A DNA stretch of 62,277 bases, taken from the NCBI GenBank assembly GCA_029938555.1, contig JAOZUR010000010.1, positions 1 to 62,277 on the forward strand, written 5' to 3'. Origin of the DNA: Candidatus Sabulitectum sp. (GTDB taxonomy: Bacteria; Fermentibacterota; Fermentibacteria; Fermentibacterales; JCC-6). The position numbers and the translations under genes were made by a program. A model generated the notes under the pieces. The model saw only the letters and a list, made by a program, of their open reading frames with translations. It was not told where the DNA came from and searched no databases. This document shows, in pieces, positions 29,505 to 39,543 of the stretch; within the stretch, counting starts at the first letter, position 1; each line of letters opens with the position of its first letter.

Positions 29505-32500
29505 ACTGTTCCAGTCACCTCCCCTACGGGGGCTAAGCCATGAAAGATATAAACTCCAGAAGGAACCGGTACCCCTACATTATCTTTACCATCCCATACT
29601 GGCTCATCTCCGGTGATGGTTCTAACCGGTACTCCTTCTATATTCATAATAGTAAGAGTTATCATGGCATCTTCTGCAGCCAGCCAAACAAAAGAAGCTG
29701 TATCATTTATACCATCACCGTTAGGTGTAAATGGTGTTGGAATCACTGTCATTCCCTGTGAAAAATCTCTTACAAGAGCTATATCAAATTCTGTATAAAT
29801 ATTCTCCTGTACCTGAGCGGTATCAGAAAACTGAATATACGGTTCTTGATTTACAAGAAGAGGTACATTTCCAATTGGAACATCTTCGAAATAGTAATAT
29901 CCAGTATTATCAGAATCTACGCTAATACCAAGACCTTCGATGAATACTGTTATGTTCTCTAACTTTCTGCCTGTGTAAACATCTGAAACAATGCCACCAA
30001 GAGAACCTGTGGGCCCCTGGGCTGTTGCTGAAGACATATTGCTGTATGAGCTTTCTCCATTAGGATTTGTATAAACGCATGTTGCCCAATAGTAATAACC
30101 CAGACCATTAACAACATGAGAATCAACCCAATTCACTGTATCCGTGCCAAGTTCAACTATATAATCTGGTTCAGGGGCAAGAGGGCTAATTGATCTATAG
30201 ATTCTATATGATGTTAAACCCTTGCCATCCAAACTCGCTTCCGGTGGATCCCAGCTGAGAGGAATGAAACCATCATTACCACTTACTGCCACAAGATTCT
30301 GCGGAGGTGCAAATTCACCTGTTACAAGAAACGAACCGTATACTGATTTATTATTAGTTTCATCATGTTCTATCATTGAGGAATCAGGGTCCACAAAAGC
30401 CACAAGATACCTATCTCCTATATCAAAATAAGTAAATTTGTAACTGCCTTTAAAAGAGGTTGTCTCGCCACTCTCAAGTGGTGGTACATCAAAAAGCACA
30501 ACAGGGGTGAAAAGAGAATCAGGATCATCTGTTACATAATACACCAATTGAGTTTCAGATGAAGGTCCTTGACCGTCGTTACTTACAATTACACTAAAAC
30601 CAACATTCTGCCCTACTTCAAAAGGAGGGGAAACATCAGGTGATGCAATGGAAACACTTAAATCAGGATAAGCAAGTATTACAGTAAACTGACTAATGGC
30701 ATCATCAAGCCCCCTATTACCAGCACCGGCTTGAACATTAACAATGTGTGTTCCAGGCTGATCAGGACACAACAAAACGAACTCTGCACTTGCAGATGAG
30801 TTTTTGTAAACAAGATTACCCAAAAATGCTGGAATATTAACATCTCCTGCAAAAACAGCCGGTGGAATTAATTTTGCCCAAGCTCCAACCGCAACATATC
30901 CACCGGTATTAGAAAGAGAAACCGGTATTGTGAGTTCGCCTCCTGGAGGGGCAAAAATTGTTGTATCCACTGGAAAAGTAATGGTTAACTCTGGATCTCG
31001 AGCAAAACGATATGCTGTAATGGCAAATTGCTGTGTTTCGGATGGATCACCTGGGTCCGCCCAGGAATTTGCCGCAATTCGCACAGTCCATGCGCCTGGC
31101 TCAGGAGATTCCACCACAATTCGTTCTACAGGACTTTCAGAAGTAACACCAGCTGGAAGAAGGTAGTTGTATTCCACATTAGTTGGTGAGATAAGAGTAA
31201 TGTCAAGATCTACTTGAAGGTCTGGAGATGGAGATGGAACATCTGTATACCCGAGACCGGTTGACAACCAGCTGGTATATGCAGGAACGTACATTATCCA
31301 TTGTTTAGTACCAGTACCCTCTGCAATTTCAGAATTAGCCCAGAATAATCTGTCAACTTCCTCAGAGAAATAAGTACCTGGCAAATGATAACCATCAAGA
31401 AGCCCAAAGCCACTTTCTGTGGTTGCGTAACCGGAAGCAGGAGGACCTGTATTGCTCTTTAATGGAATTGCACATGCGGCCATAATTGCCATTGCGTCTT
31501 CAGGGTTAAAAAGATCACCATATTTTTCTTCGCATATTGCCAGAGCGGCAGATACAAATGCTGCTGCCATACTGGTACCAGCAAAACGAGTATACGATTC
31601 TTCCCCTGGCCACCTGTTCACAGGGTCATCAAGCCACTGCCCTGCGTACTGTGCATTGGTGGTAGCCACACCATTTTGCATTGTTGATTCCAGATACTCG
31701 CCACCTGGAGCTAAAATTTCAGGTTTCAATCTACCATCCGCCGTTGGTCCTCTTCCACTGTATGAGGCAACTAAAACATTGCCAGTATCATCTGGAAGGA
31801 AGGTAACAGCTCCTACAGTAATAGCATTTCTTGCGATTGCAGGGGAAGGTATAAATCCTGCAGCTGGATTATTGCCAGAACTAAAAACAGAAATACCACC
31901 GTTTCTAGCGTGAGTATCTACCACCTGACAAAAGGCATCATAAGAAAGAGAACCATCAAAACCCCAGGAATTATTTACAATAAAACAATCAGCAGAGAAA
32001 AAATCTGTATAAAAAGTTGCAAACTGCGAAGATGTCATGGACTGTGGTCTTTGAATAACAAAAAGCTGGGCATCTGGGGCGCCACCACTACCATTGTATT
32101 CGCAATCTAGATCTACCCCGCCCCTGGAAGCAATAACGCCACATACGGCGGTTCCATGGCCATCAGGGTCTGGGACTCCTTGATATATTGCATCAACCAA
32201 ATCTGGATGGTCGGCCCAAACTCCTGTGTCTAAAACACCAATACGAACACCCAAGCCCGTATAATAAGTCCATAATTCCGTTAAACCAGAAATCTGACGA
32301 CTATCATCTGCCTGTACATTAACAGAATGAGAAGTTGCTGTCAGAGATCTATTTGGCGTAGCCCATAGAACTCCACTTGTAACAGGTCTTGATACAAGCC
32401 AGTAATCCTCATACAAATAACTACCGTTTTCTGGTACAGAGCCAGATGTCATTTTAACTATCCAATCACCGGTCCAGTACCTATCTTCCGGTAAAACTGC

Positions 32501-32917
32501 ATTATTCCAAGACCATCTGGTGATTGTTTTTACAAACCCTGAACCTGAAAGAGCATTCAGATCGGGGGATTGCCCCACCAAGGCAATGAAACTGTTTTTA
32601 TCTGGCGCATAACCAGCGGGCCATAAGCCTGCCTGGTCCAAAATCAAAAGATCCATAGGAGTCAAAGATCTGTAAACTTCTACGCGAACAAGATCTCCTG
32701 GTGAACCTGGCAACGATGATGTCAATAAAAGACCCGAACCTGACTCACTGGATATATAATCTTCATCTAGCTGTTGCAGAATGGTCTGTCGTTCTTGATA
32801 ATTCATACTAGACAGATCTTCAATAGATATGTAATCAGACGTTTCAATCAGTGGATAATCGCTAGATAAAAAGAAAACCAATAGGAAAATTGAAAATACA
32901 GACATAGTTACTCCCAT
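29489..32917 (-). CDS. S8 subtilase with PPC, CARDB, FN3-like and carboxypeptidase-regulatory-like domains and a T9SS type B/FlgD-like C-terminal domain
   Basis: Catalytic triad VLDTG, HGTAVCG, GTSMA; GRLKPEILAPG; C-terminal PTPFTPNGDGIND...WDGKD...PSGVY. Confidence 0.9.
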   Translation of the reverse strand: MGVTMSVFSIFLLVFFLSSDYPLIETSDYISIEDLSSMNYQERQTILQQLDEDYISSESGSGLLLTSSLPGSPGDLVRVEVYRSLTPMDLLILDQAGLWPAGYAPDKNSFIALVGQSPDLNALSGSGFVKTITRWSWNNAVLPEDRYWTGDWIVKMTSGSVPENGSYLYEDYWLVSRPVTSGVLWATPNRSLTATSHSVNVQADDSRQISGLTELWTYYTGLGVRIGVLDTGVWADHPDLVDAIYQGVPDPDGHGTAVCGVIASRGGVDLDCEYNGSGGAPDAQLFVIQRPQSMTSSQFATFYTDFFSADCFIVNNSWGFDGSLSYDAFCQVVDTHARNGGISVFSSGNNPAAGFIPSPAIARNAITVGAVTFLPDDTGNVLVASYSGRGPTADGRLKPEILAPGGEYLESTMQNGVATTNAQYAGQWLDDPVNRWPGEESYTRFAGTSMAAAFVSAALAICEEKYGDLFNPEDAMAIMAACAIPLKSNTGPPASGYATTESGFGLLDGYHLPGTYFSEEVDRLFWANSEIAEGTGTKQWIMYVPAYTSWLSTGLGYTDVPSPSPDLQVDLDITLISPTNVEYNYLLPAGVTSESPVERIVVESPEPGAWTVRIAANSWADPGDPSETQQFAITAYRFARDPELTITFPVDTTIFAPPGGELTIPVSLSNTGGYVAVGAWAKLIPPAVFAGDVNIPAFLGNLVYKNSSASAEFVLLCPDQPGTHIVNVQAGAGNRGLDDAISQFTVILAYPDLSVSIASPDVSPPFEVGQNVGFSVIVSNDGQGPSSETQLVYYVTDDPDSLFTPVVLFDVPPLESGETTSFKGSYKFTYFDIGDRYLVAFVDPDSSMIEHDETNNKSVYGSFLVTGEFAPPQNLVAVSGNDGFIPLSWDPPEASLDGKGLTSYRIYRSISPLAPEPDYIVELGTDTVNWVDSHVVNGLGYYYWATCVYTNPNGESSYSNMSSATAQGPTGSLGGIVSDVYTGRKLENITVFIEGLGISVDSDNTGYYYFEDVPIGNVPLLVNQEPYIQFSDTAQVQENIYTEFDIALVRDFSQGMTVIPTPFTPNGDGINDTASFVWLAAEDAMITLTIMNIEGVPVRTITGDEPVWDGKDNVGVPVPSGVYIFHGLAPVGEVTGTVCVAR

Positions 32918-32985
32918 TTATAGTTAATCGTATACCTAGAGATACTATAAATTGTACCGGTTCGTCAACCGCTAAATAAACTGAA

Positions 32986-33022
32986 ACAGCAAGAGCCATC
33001 AACTATTGATTGCCCTTGCTGT
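32986..33022 (-). terminator. Intrinsic terminator after folD
   Basis: Minus strand ACAGCAAGGGCAATCAA-TAG-TTGATGGCTCTTGCTGT followed by TTCAGTTTATTT. Confidence 0.7.
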
Positions 33023-33066
33023 AATATAAACAGAACTATTTAGCTAAGTCAAAAGGCTGTACCTAA

Positions 33067-33918
33067 TCAGCGATTGCCGAATAGGGCACTAACTCTAGCT
33101 TTTAAAGTGTTTTCCAGTAAGAAAGCGATAGTGAGCGGACCCACGCCCCCTGGAACAGGAGTGATTGCAGAGCAACTGTCGAATACATCTTCATAATCCA
33201 CATCACCAACAAGTTTTCCATGAGCATCAGTATTCATTCCCACATCAATCACAACAGAACCTGATTTCACCCAATCACTTTTTATCATTTCAGCTATACC
33301 CACTGCAACAACCAAGATATCTGCTTTAGCGCATAATTCTTTCAGGTCTGTGGTTCGGCTGTGCGCTATGGTAACAGTACAATTTTCCCGAAGAAGAAGG
33401 GCAGCCATGGGTTTACCAACAATGTTAGATCGACCCACTATCAGAGCATTTCTACCGACCATCTGTATTTTATGGTGCTTAAGAAGAGCTACGATTCCAG
33501 ATGGTGTACAGGGGAATAAACCTTCTTCCCCCCTCCACAGCTTTCCTACATTTACAGGATGAAAACCGTCAACATCTTTTTCTGGAAGAACAGAAGAGGC
33601 GATCCTATGTACTGATATATGATCAGGAAGAGGAAGCTGCACAAGAATACCATGGACGGAAACATCTTCATTGAGAGAATCAACAAGTTCAAGTAATTCC
33701 TCTTCTGACGTTTCCAATGGCAAGGAAATAACATTGCTATTAAATCCAACTTTTTTACATGCCCTCTCTTTGGCACCCACATAAACCTTACTGGCAGGAT
33801 CATCTCCAACCATAATAACAGTAAGGCCTGGGGGCGGACCTTCTAGTTGCCCAACTCTTTTCTTCAAGGAGAGTCGTACGACTTTTGCAAATTTTCTTCC
33901 TGATAAAACAATTGCCAT
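33067..33918 (-). CDS. folD: Bifunctional methylenetetrahydrofolate dehydrogenase/cyclohydrolase
   Basis: HGILVQLPLP, KDVDGFHP, PCTP, GRSNIVGKP, TPVPGGVGP. Confidence 0.97.
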   Translation of the reverse strand: MAIVLSGRKFAKVVRLSLKKRVGQLEGPPPGLTVIMVGDDPASKVYVGAKERACKKVGFNSNVISLPLETSEEELLELVDSLNEDVSVHGILVQLPLPDHISVHRIASSVLPEKDVDGFHPVNVGKLWRGEEGLFPCTPSGIVALLKHHKIQMVGRNALIVGRSNIVGKPMAALLLRENCTVTIAHSRTTDLKELCAKADILVVAVGIAEMIKSDWVKSGSVVIDVGMNTDAHGKLVGDVDYEDVFDSCSAITPVPGGVGPLTIAFLLENTLKARVSALFGNR

Positions 33919-33923
33919 AACAA

Positions 33924-34238
33924 TTAGCCCTTAGCTATTTTTTCGATCTGAACCCAAGTCTGATACTGTCTGTGACCGGTTTTTCTTTGGTATCCCTTGC
34001 GTCTTTTACGCTTAAAGATAATAACCTTAGGACCTTTTGACTGTTCAACTATTGTACCTTGAACCTTAATACCTTCAATGAAAGGTCGTCCAACAACAAC
34101 TTTGTCATCTTTAGCCACAAGAAGAACATCTTCAAATGTAAGAGAAGTGCCTTTTTCGCCTTCAAGTCGAGGAACCATAATCTTCATACCCGGCTCAACT
34201 CTGAACTGGTATCCACCTGTCTTTATAATCGCGTACAA
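33924..34238 (-). CDS. rplU: 50S ribosomal protein L21
   Basis: MYAIIKTGG.Q, FKRKRRKGY..KTGHRQ; TTG start after GGAGG. Confidence 0.97.
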   Translation of the reverse strand: MYAIIKTGGYQFRVEPGMKIMVPRLEGEKGTSLTFEDVLLVAKDDKVVVGRPFIEGIKVQGTIVEQSKGPKVIIFKRKRRKGYQRKTGHRQYQTWVQIEKIAKG

Positions 34239-34309
34239 TTCGTACCTCCATTTATATTATACAACCACACCAATAAACCATATTTTGAAACCATTCATAA
34301 CTGCGCAAA

Positions 34310-34338
34310 CTTATACTAATTCAGTTCTTCAAGGTCAA
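34310..34338 (-). promoter_or_regulatory. Putative sigma-70 promoter for rplU-folD
   Basis: Minus strand TTGACC-17 nt-TATAAG; the -35 overlaps the rng stop codon. Confidence 0.5.
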
Positions 34339-35882
34339 GCTCTGGCCTCAGGAGAATAAAGATTGGTGATTTCTTCATGCGAATCTAAAGAAAAAACCTT
34401 GAATTCTTCTTGAAGCATTCGTTCATCCTCGTGAACATGAACTGATAACTTATCACTTCTGGCAGTGAGGTATTCAAGCCTTCTACCATTTTCTTCCATG
34501 AGAAAACTTGATACAATTGGATTAATTGTAACAACAAGATTCATATGTGTTTTCCCATTGGCTGCCCTCTCTAGGAATCGTTCAATCTCTGTAAGAACAC
34601 TTACTGGAGTTTGAATTCTTCCTGTACCGGCACAGAATTTACAAGCAATAGACATGGACTGCACCAAGCTTGGCCTTACCCTTTTTCTTGTCATCTCCAC
34701 AAGACCCATAGGGCTTACCTGGCAGGTTTTTGTTGGTGAACGGTCTCTGCCGAGTTCGCCTCGAAGACAATTAACGACTTTATCCCGATGAGAAGAATTA
34801 TCCATATCAATAAAATCAATAACAATAATCCCGCCCAAATCTCTAAGGCGTAGCTGTCTAGCTACCTCTCGGGCAGCCTCCATATTTGTCTTAAAGATCG
34901 TATCTTCCTGTCTCTTCCGACCCACATACCTCTTTGTGTTAACATCTATCGCTACAAGAGCCTCGGTATGATCAATAACAATTGACCCTCCACTCTTCAG
35001 CGATACTTCTCTTCTTACAAGACCTGAAATTTCTTTTTCCACTCCATAATGATCAAAAACAGGTGTTTTTCCCCTATATAATTTCACCTTACCGGCCACA
35101 CCAGGGTCAAAAGTCTTCAGATACTTACGAATCTGCTTAACGACAATTCTAGAATCACAAACAATTGCATTTACATCAGGTGTTACTAAATCCCGAACTG
35201 TCATTGTAATCAAATCGTGTTCCTGATGAAGAAGAGCAGGTGCTTTAGATTTAACGGTAAGAGTTCCGATTTCTTTCCATTTGTTTACAATTCTTTCCAC
35301 ATCTGTTTTAAAACTATCTTCATCCTTATCAATACCGGCGGTTCTTGCAATTATCCCAAATCCTTCGGTTTTCACCTGCTGAATAATCTTTCTGAGTCGA
35401 CTTCTTTCCTGTCTATCAATAATTTTCCTAGATACACCTGCAACGGAATCGCCTGGCATGCTAACAACATACCTGCCTGCAATGCTTATTCTGGTGCTGA
35501 CTCTTGCACCTTTGGTTCCAATAGGTTCCTTAGTAACCTGAACAAGTATTCGCTGCCCCTTTTCTAACACTTTCTCAATAGGACGACGGGTTTCGTCTGA
35601 CCTTGGAGGTTTTCCCTCAATAAGAGCTCTAGCAAAACTTTTTTCATCAACTAACTTTTCTCTCACGTCTGATACATGAAGAAAAGCACTTCTTTCTAAT
35701 CCAATATCAACAAAAGCAGCCTGCATCCCAGGAAGCACTGCATTAACTCTACCAAGATAGATATTTCCAACTATACGCTTATCATCAGCCATTTCAACAA
35801 TAAGCTCCATTAGTCGGCCATCTTCTATCACAGCAATTCTAGTTACTTCAGGATGCTGGTTGACTATAAAATCAACCTTCAT
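34335..35882 (-). CDS. rng: Ribonuclease E/G family (RNase G-length)
   Basis: VGNIYLGRV, AAFVDIG, VQVTKEPIGTKGAR, IDVNT, RLRDLGGIIVIDFIDM, CKFCAG. Confidence 0.93.
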   Translation of the reverse strand: MKVDFIVNQHPEVTRIAVIEDGRLMELIVEMADDKRIVGNIYLGRVNAVLPGMQAAFVDIGLERSAFLHVSDVREKLVDEKSFARALIEGKPPRSDETRRPIEKVLEKGQRILVQVTKEPIGTKGARVSTRISIAGRYVVSMPGDSVAGVSRKIIDRQERSRLRKIIQQVKTEGFGIIARTAGIDKDEDSFKTDVERIVNKWKEIGTLTVKSKAPALLHQEHDLITMTVRDLVTPDVNAIVCDSRIVVKQIRKYLKTFDPGVAGKVKLYRGKTPVFDHYGVEKEISGLVRREVSLKSGGSIVIDHTEALVAIDVNTKRYVGRKRQEDTIFKTNMEAAREVARQLRLRDLGGIIVIDFIDMDNSSHRDKVVNCLRGELGRDRSPTKTCQVSPMGLVEMTRKRVRPSLVQSMSIACKFCAGTGRIQTPVSVLTEIERFLERAANGKTHMNLVVTINPIVSSFLMEENGRRLEYLTARSDKLSVHVHEDERMLQEEFKVFSLDSHEEITNLYSPEARA

Positions 35883-38232
35883 TAATCACTTCTCCTTCAG
35901 CTAAGGCCATGAGCGTCACAAGATGTCCGTCATGGTCCGTAGCAAAAATGCTTTTTCTTACTATTGTTTTCCACTTCACGCCAGCAGCCTCCAGGATTCT
36001 GTCCGGCCTAGAAGTTCCCTTCCGTGGATCTGAAACAATATTAACTCTATTAGTATCCTCAACTGACACAGATATAACCAACTGGTTCAGTCCTAAATAT
36101 TCAATCAATTTTTCGGTACAATCAACTCCATCAATAATATACTCTGCTGCGACTGTTAAAGAACCGGGAGATTTATACTTCCCTGAAATCTTTTTCGCCG
36201 CTGTTATCTCAAATCCTGTAGGTATTACATTCCTGATAGAATTCAGTACCTGATCAAGTTTTACAGATTTCATTAACTGAAAATCAAGATACTCACTTTC
36301 ACTACCCATCCCCAATGGAATAGGTTGCGAGAAAACAAGCTTCATTCTTCTGGCAAAACCTGTACTGTAATATACTGGAAGTTCAGTTCTTCTGAGTATT
36401 CTTGTCCACATTCGCACCATGTCAAGATGAGAAGTAAATCTAGAAAGCCCAGTTTTAGAGTACCGTAATCGAATTCTTTCAACAGGCAGTGCTGTTGATA
36501 ATACAGCAGTTTCATTGGTTGTAGAAACAGACTGAGGAAAAGGCAGAACCACTCCGTCACATCCCCCACAATGGCTACAGCCAGCTTCTCGGCAGTCAAG
36601 AAGAATTTCTTCCAAAGCAGATCGTTCGTATTCTTTCTTTAACCATTGCTTTTTTATACCTGTATCGACAAAATCCCATGGAAGTGCATCTTCAGGTGAA
36701 AAATCAGGAACCGCGGTTAGCAAATCTTCCCAGACATCCCAACGAAATTGATCACTCCAACCATCAAAAACAGCTCCTTTAAGATAAGCTTGTTCAAGAA
36801 TATCCTGCGATTCAATATCACCCTTACAAAGAAAATGCTCTACAATTGATACTCTTGGATCGTTCCAAGCTACTTTTGCTTTTAAACAAGAACTTCTTAC
36901 AAGTTGAATTTTACGCCACAATTCTTTGTAATCAGACTGATTACACCACTGAAAAGGCGTATGAGGTTTAGGAACAAAAGGAGACAAAGCTGCGGTTACA
37001 GTTCTCTTTCGACCCATTATTTTCGCTATAGAATCTGCAAGATTCGCTATTGCAACAATATCCTCATCTGTTTCCCCTGGAAGCCCCACCATAAAATAAA
37101 GTTTCACACCTCGTGCACCCATTTTAGAAGCGGTTTCAGCTGCTTTAATAATTTCATCATGCGAAAGAGGTTTATTAATTATCCTTCTCATTCGTTCACT
37201 ACCAGCTTCAGGGGCCATTGTAAGGCTACCCTTAAAGAATTTCCTATTACTCACACTTGGAAGTGTATCCGGCCTGAGAGAGGGTTGAGATATTCTAAGA
37301 TGCATAGATTCCTCTAGCTGAGAAAAACCTTTCAAAAGAGAATTTATTCTGGAGTAATCACTAAAAGAAAGAGTAAGCACTCCAGCCTGCTCCCAGCCTG
37401 TGCTGTGAACAGCCCCAGAAATGATCTTAAATATATCTTCCGGTGACCTTTCTCGAACAGGCCTTGATAGCTGCGAAGCCTGACAGAACCTGCAACCACG
37501 GGTGCATCCCCTAGATATTTCCACCACAGCTCTATCATGTGATACTGTTGCCATGGGAACAATTTGCTCCACTGGGGCGTCATCAATATCCAGTTCCTTT
37601 ACAGTAGCCCAGCGAACAGTTTCTCCATTATGATACTTAGGAACCAAGACAGAAGGAAGAGCTGAGGCCTTCTTGAGTTTTTCGTTTTTATCCAAGTCCG
37701 AAGACAGAATATCCATTAAAGGTCTAAGACCTGCTTCAGCTTCTCCCATGAAAAACACATCAATAAACGGCATAAGAGGCACAGGATTTGCCAATCCACC
37801 TCCGCCTGCAAGAATGATCGGATCAGAAGCTTTCCGTTTTTCTGAACGGATTTCAAGTCTCATAAGATTCAAAAGACACAAAACATTGGTGTACAGAATT
37901 TCTGTAGATATTCCAAAACCCACTACATCACTCTGATACACCGGATCTCCTGCTTCCAGATCTACCCAGTTTAAATTCTGTTCTTTCATCAATTTATACA
38001 TATCAGCAGCTGGGAAAAAAGCCCGCCGTACTGAATATTTATTCTCTTTCAACAAAAGATGACGGACAACCTGCAGACCAAAATTGGAAGCCCCAAGTTC
38101 ATAAGTATCTGGATAAACAAGTGTTACCCGATAACCAGCCTTTTGTAAAGCTGCATTATACTCGAAACCTATATACTGCTGTGGTCGCTCTATATCACCT
38201 AAAACATCAAGTAGACTTCTTTCTAACTCCAG
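35872..38232 (-). CDS. Radical SAM protein (TIGR03960-like) fused to a TIGR03936/DUF2344-like C-terminal domain; probable CTG start
   Basis: RGCTRGCRFC, APEAGSERMR, KLYFMVGLP; C-terminal RFTSHLD...GF; conserved N-terminus RPQQYIGFEYN...YPDTYELGASNFG lies upstream of the ORF-track start. Confidence 0.88.
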   Translation of the reverse strand: MELERSLLDVLGDIERPQQYIGFEYNAALQKAGYRVTLVYPDTYELGASNFGLQVVRHLLLKENKYSVRRAFFPAADMYKLMKEQNLNWVDLEAGDPVYQSDVVGFGISTEILYTNVLCLLNLMRLEIRSEKRKASDPIILAGGGGLANPVPLMPFIDVFFMGEAEAGLRPLMDILSSDLDKNEKLKKASALPSVLVPKYHNGETVRWATVKELDIDDAPVEQIVPMATVSHDRAVVEISRGCTRGCRFCQASQLSRPVRERSPEDIFKIISGAVHSTGWEQAGVLTLSFSDYSRINSLLKGFSQLEESMHLRISQPSLRPDTLPSVSNRKFFKGSLTMAPEAGSERMRRIINKPLSHDEIIKAAETASKMGARGVKLYFMVGLPGETDEDIVAIANLADSIAKIMGRKRTVTAALSPFVPKPHTPFQWCNQSDYKELWRKIQLVRSSCLKAKVAWNDPRVSIVEHFLCKGDIESQDILEQAYLKGAVFDGWSDQFRWDVWEDLLTAVPDFSPEDALPWDFVDTGIKKQWLKKEYERSALEEILLDCREAGCSHCGGCDGVVLPFPQSVSTTNETAVLSTALPVERIRLRYSKTGLSRFTSHLDMVRMWTRILRRTELPVYYSTGFARRMKLVFSQPIPLGMGSESEYLDFQLMKSVKLDQVLNSIRNVIPTGFEITAAKKISGKYKSPGSLTVAAEYIIDGVDCTEKLIEYLGLNQLVISVSVEDTNRVNIVSDPRKGTSRPDRILEAAGVKWKTIVRKSIFATDHDGHLVTLMALAEGEVINEG

Positions 38233-38732
38233 AAAAAGACCTCCTGAGAAATCGGATTACTGAACAGTCCAGAAGACCTGGATTTGCTTACTGCAAGATC
38301 AAGTGCCATCTTTTTAACAAGTGCTTCATCTGTATCAATTAAATAACCCATTCTCCACAAAACACTGTGACTCAAAGACAACACTGGAAATTCTCTGCGT
38401 TTCAGCAGTTCAGTCCAGTTATCACTAATACTGTCTACAAAATCCTTAACCACAATACCAACCCACTGCAACTCTGTATCTTCTTCAGGAAAAGAAATTT
38501 CTTCCCCTGCAAACATCCATGACTGTTTATTTGGATTAACAATATCAGAAAAATGCTTTACAACATTAGAAACAGTATCAATTCCCCCTTCAATAACTTC
38601 AAAATCCCAGAGGTCATACCTTTGAATTTTAAGAGGTGGTAACTGTAAACGCATGGCTTTAATTGCATTAAGTGCAGTTATAGCCTGTGGGTCTGGGGTA
38701 TTTAATTTTACCGCAATCTGAAGGCTATCCAT
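38223..38732 (-). CDS. purS: Tandem-duplicated PurS-like subunit of FGAM synthase
   Basis: Directly follows purQ; VKLNTPDPQA and two NP-containing ends (DIVNPNKQ, LFSNPISQ); 169 aa. Confidence 0.65.
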   Translation of the reverse strand: MDSLQIAVKLNTPDPQAITALNAIKAMRLQLPPLKIQRYDLWDFEVIEGGIDTVSNVVKHFSDIVNPNKQSWMFAGEEISFPEEDTELQWVGIVVKDFVDSISDNWTELLKRREFPVLSLSHSVLWRMGYLIDTDEALVKKMALDLAVSKSRSSGLFSNPISQEVFFWS

Positions 38733-39543
38733 TATTTTCTCCAAGGTACTTTGCAAGACTTTTAAAAACAACAGCCCCAGGCCCTGGTTTTTCTTCAAGA
38801 TCTTTTAATGATGCATTTCTTCGTAACTCTCCCCATGGACCTTTAATCCCAGGTGGAACCTGCCATAAATGAAAACAACGCTCAGGGTGAGGCATAATAG
38901 CAAGTACATTACCTTCCGGATTCATAAGAGCTGCTATATCAAGAATTGACCCATTAGGATTCTCAGGCCAACCTTCTGCTGCTTCTCCGTTAACTCCACA
39001 GTAAACAAGGCCAATATTGCTTTTCACCTTATCTAAATCATCTTCTCGAAAAACAAATCTGCCTTCTGCATGAGCAATTGGTACTGGAATCGCTTCCTGT
39101 CCCAGAGCACAAAGCCATGGAGACTTTTCTCTGGCTTCATCGGTTGATTTCAAATAAACCCAATCAGAAAGATAACCACTTCGTCCAGGAGACAAATTAC
39201 TGGCAAGAGCACCCTGTATAGCCCCTGGTTTCCAACCTGGTACTAGACCACTCTCAACCAGTACCTGAGCTCCATTACAAATGCCAAGTATTGGTTTGCC
39301 ATTAACGGCTTCCTGAAAAATTAAATCCATAATGCTCTCACCGGCTGCAACAACACCTGCTCTTATTCTATCCTGGAAAGAAAACCCACCTGGAAGTATA
39401 TATGCATCAGCTCTACTGTCTGAGAGTTTTTCTATTTCATTCCAATTATATATGCGAGTATCAATACCGGATTTTCTTAAAACTCTGGCAGTCTCAAACT
39501 CACAATTGGAACCTGGAAATCTTATCACCGCAGCTGTAGACAT
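38725..39543 (-). CDS. purQ: Phosphoribosylformylglycinamidine synthase subunit PurQ
   Basis: FPGSNCE, PGGFSFQD, LGICNG, AHAEGR, NPNGS, MPHPER. Confidence 0.96.
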   Translation of the reverse strand: MSTAAVIRFPGSNCEFETARVLRKSGIDTRIYNWNEIEKLSDSRADAYILPGGFSFQDRIRAGVVAAGESIMDLIFQEAVNGKPILGICNGAQVLVESGLVPGWKPGAIQGALASNLSPGRSGYLSDWVYLKSTDEAREKSPWLCALGQEAIPVPIAHAEGRFVFREDDLDKVKSNIGLVYCGVNGEAAEGWPENPNGSILDIAALMNPEGNVLAIMPHPERCFHLWQVPPGIKGPWGELRRNASLKDLEEKPGPGAVVFKSLAKYLGENNG

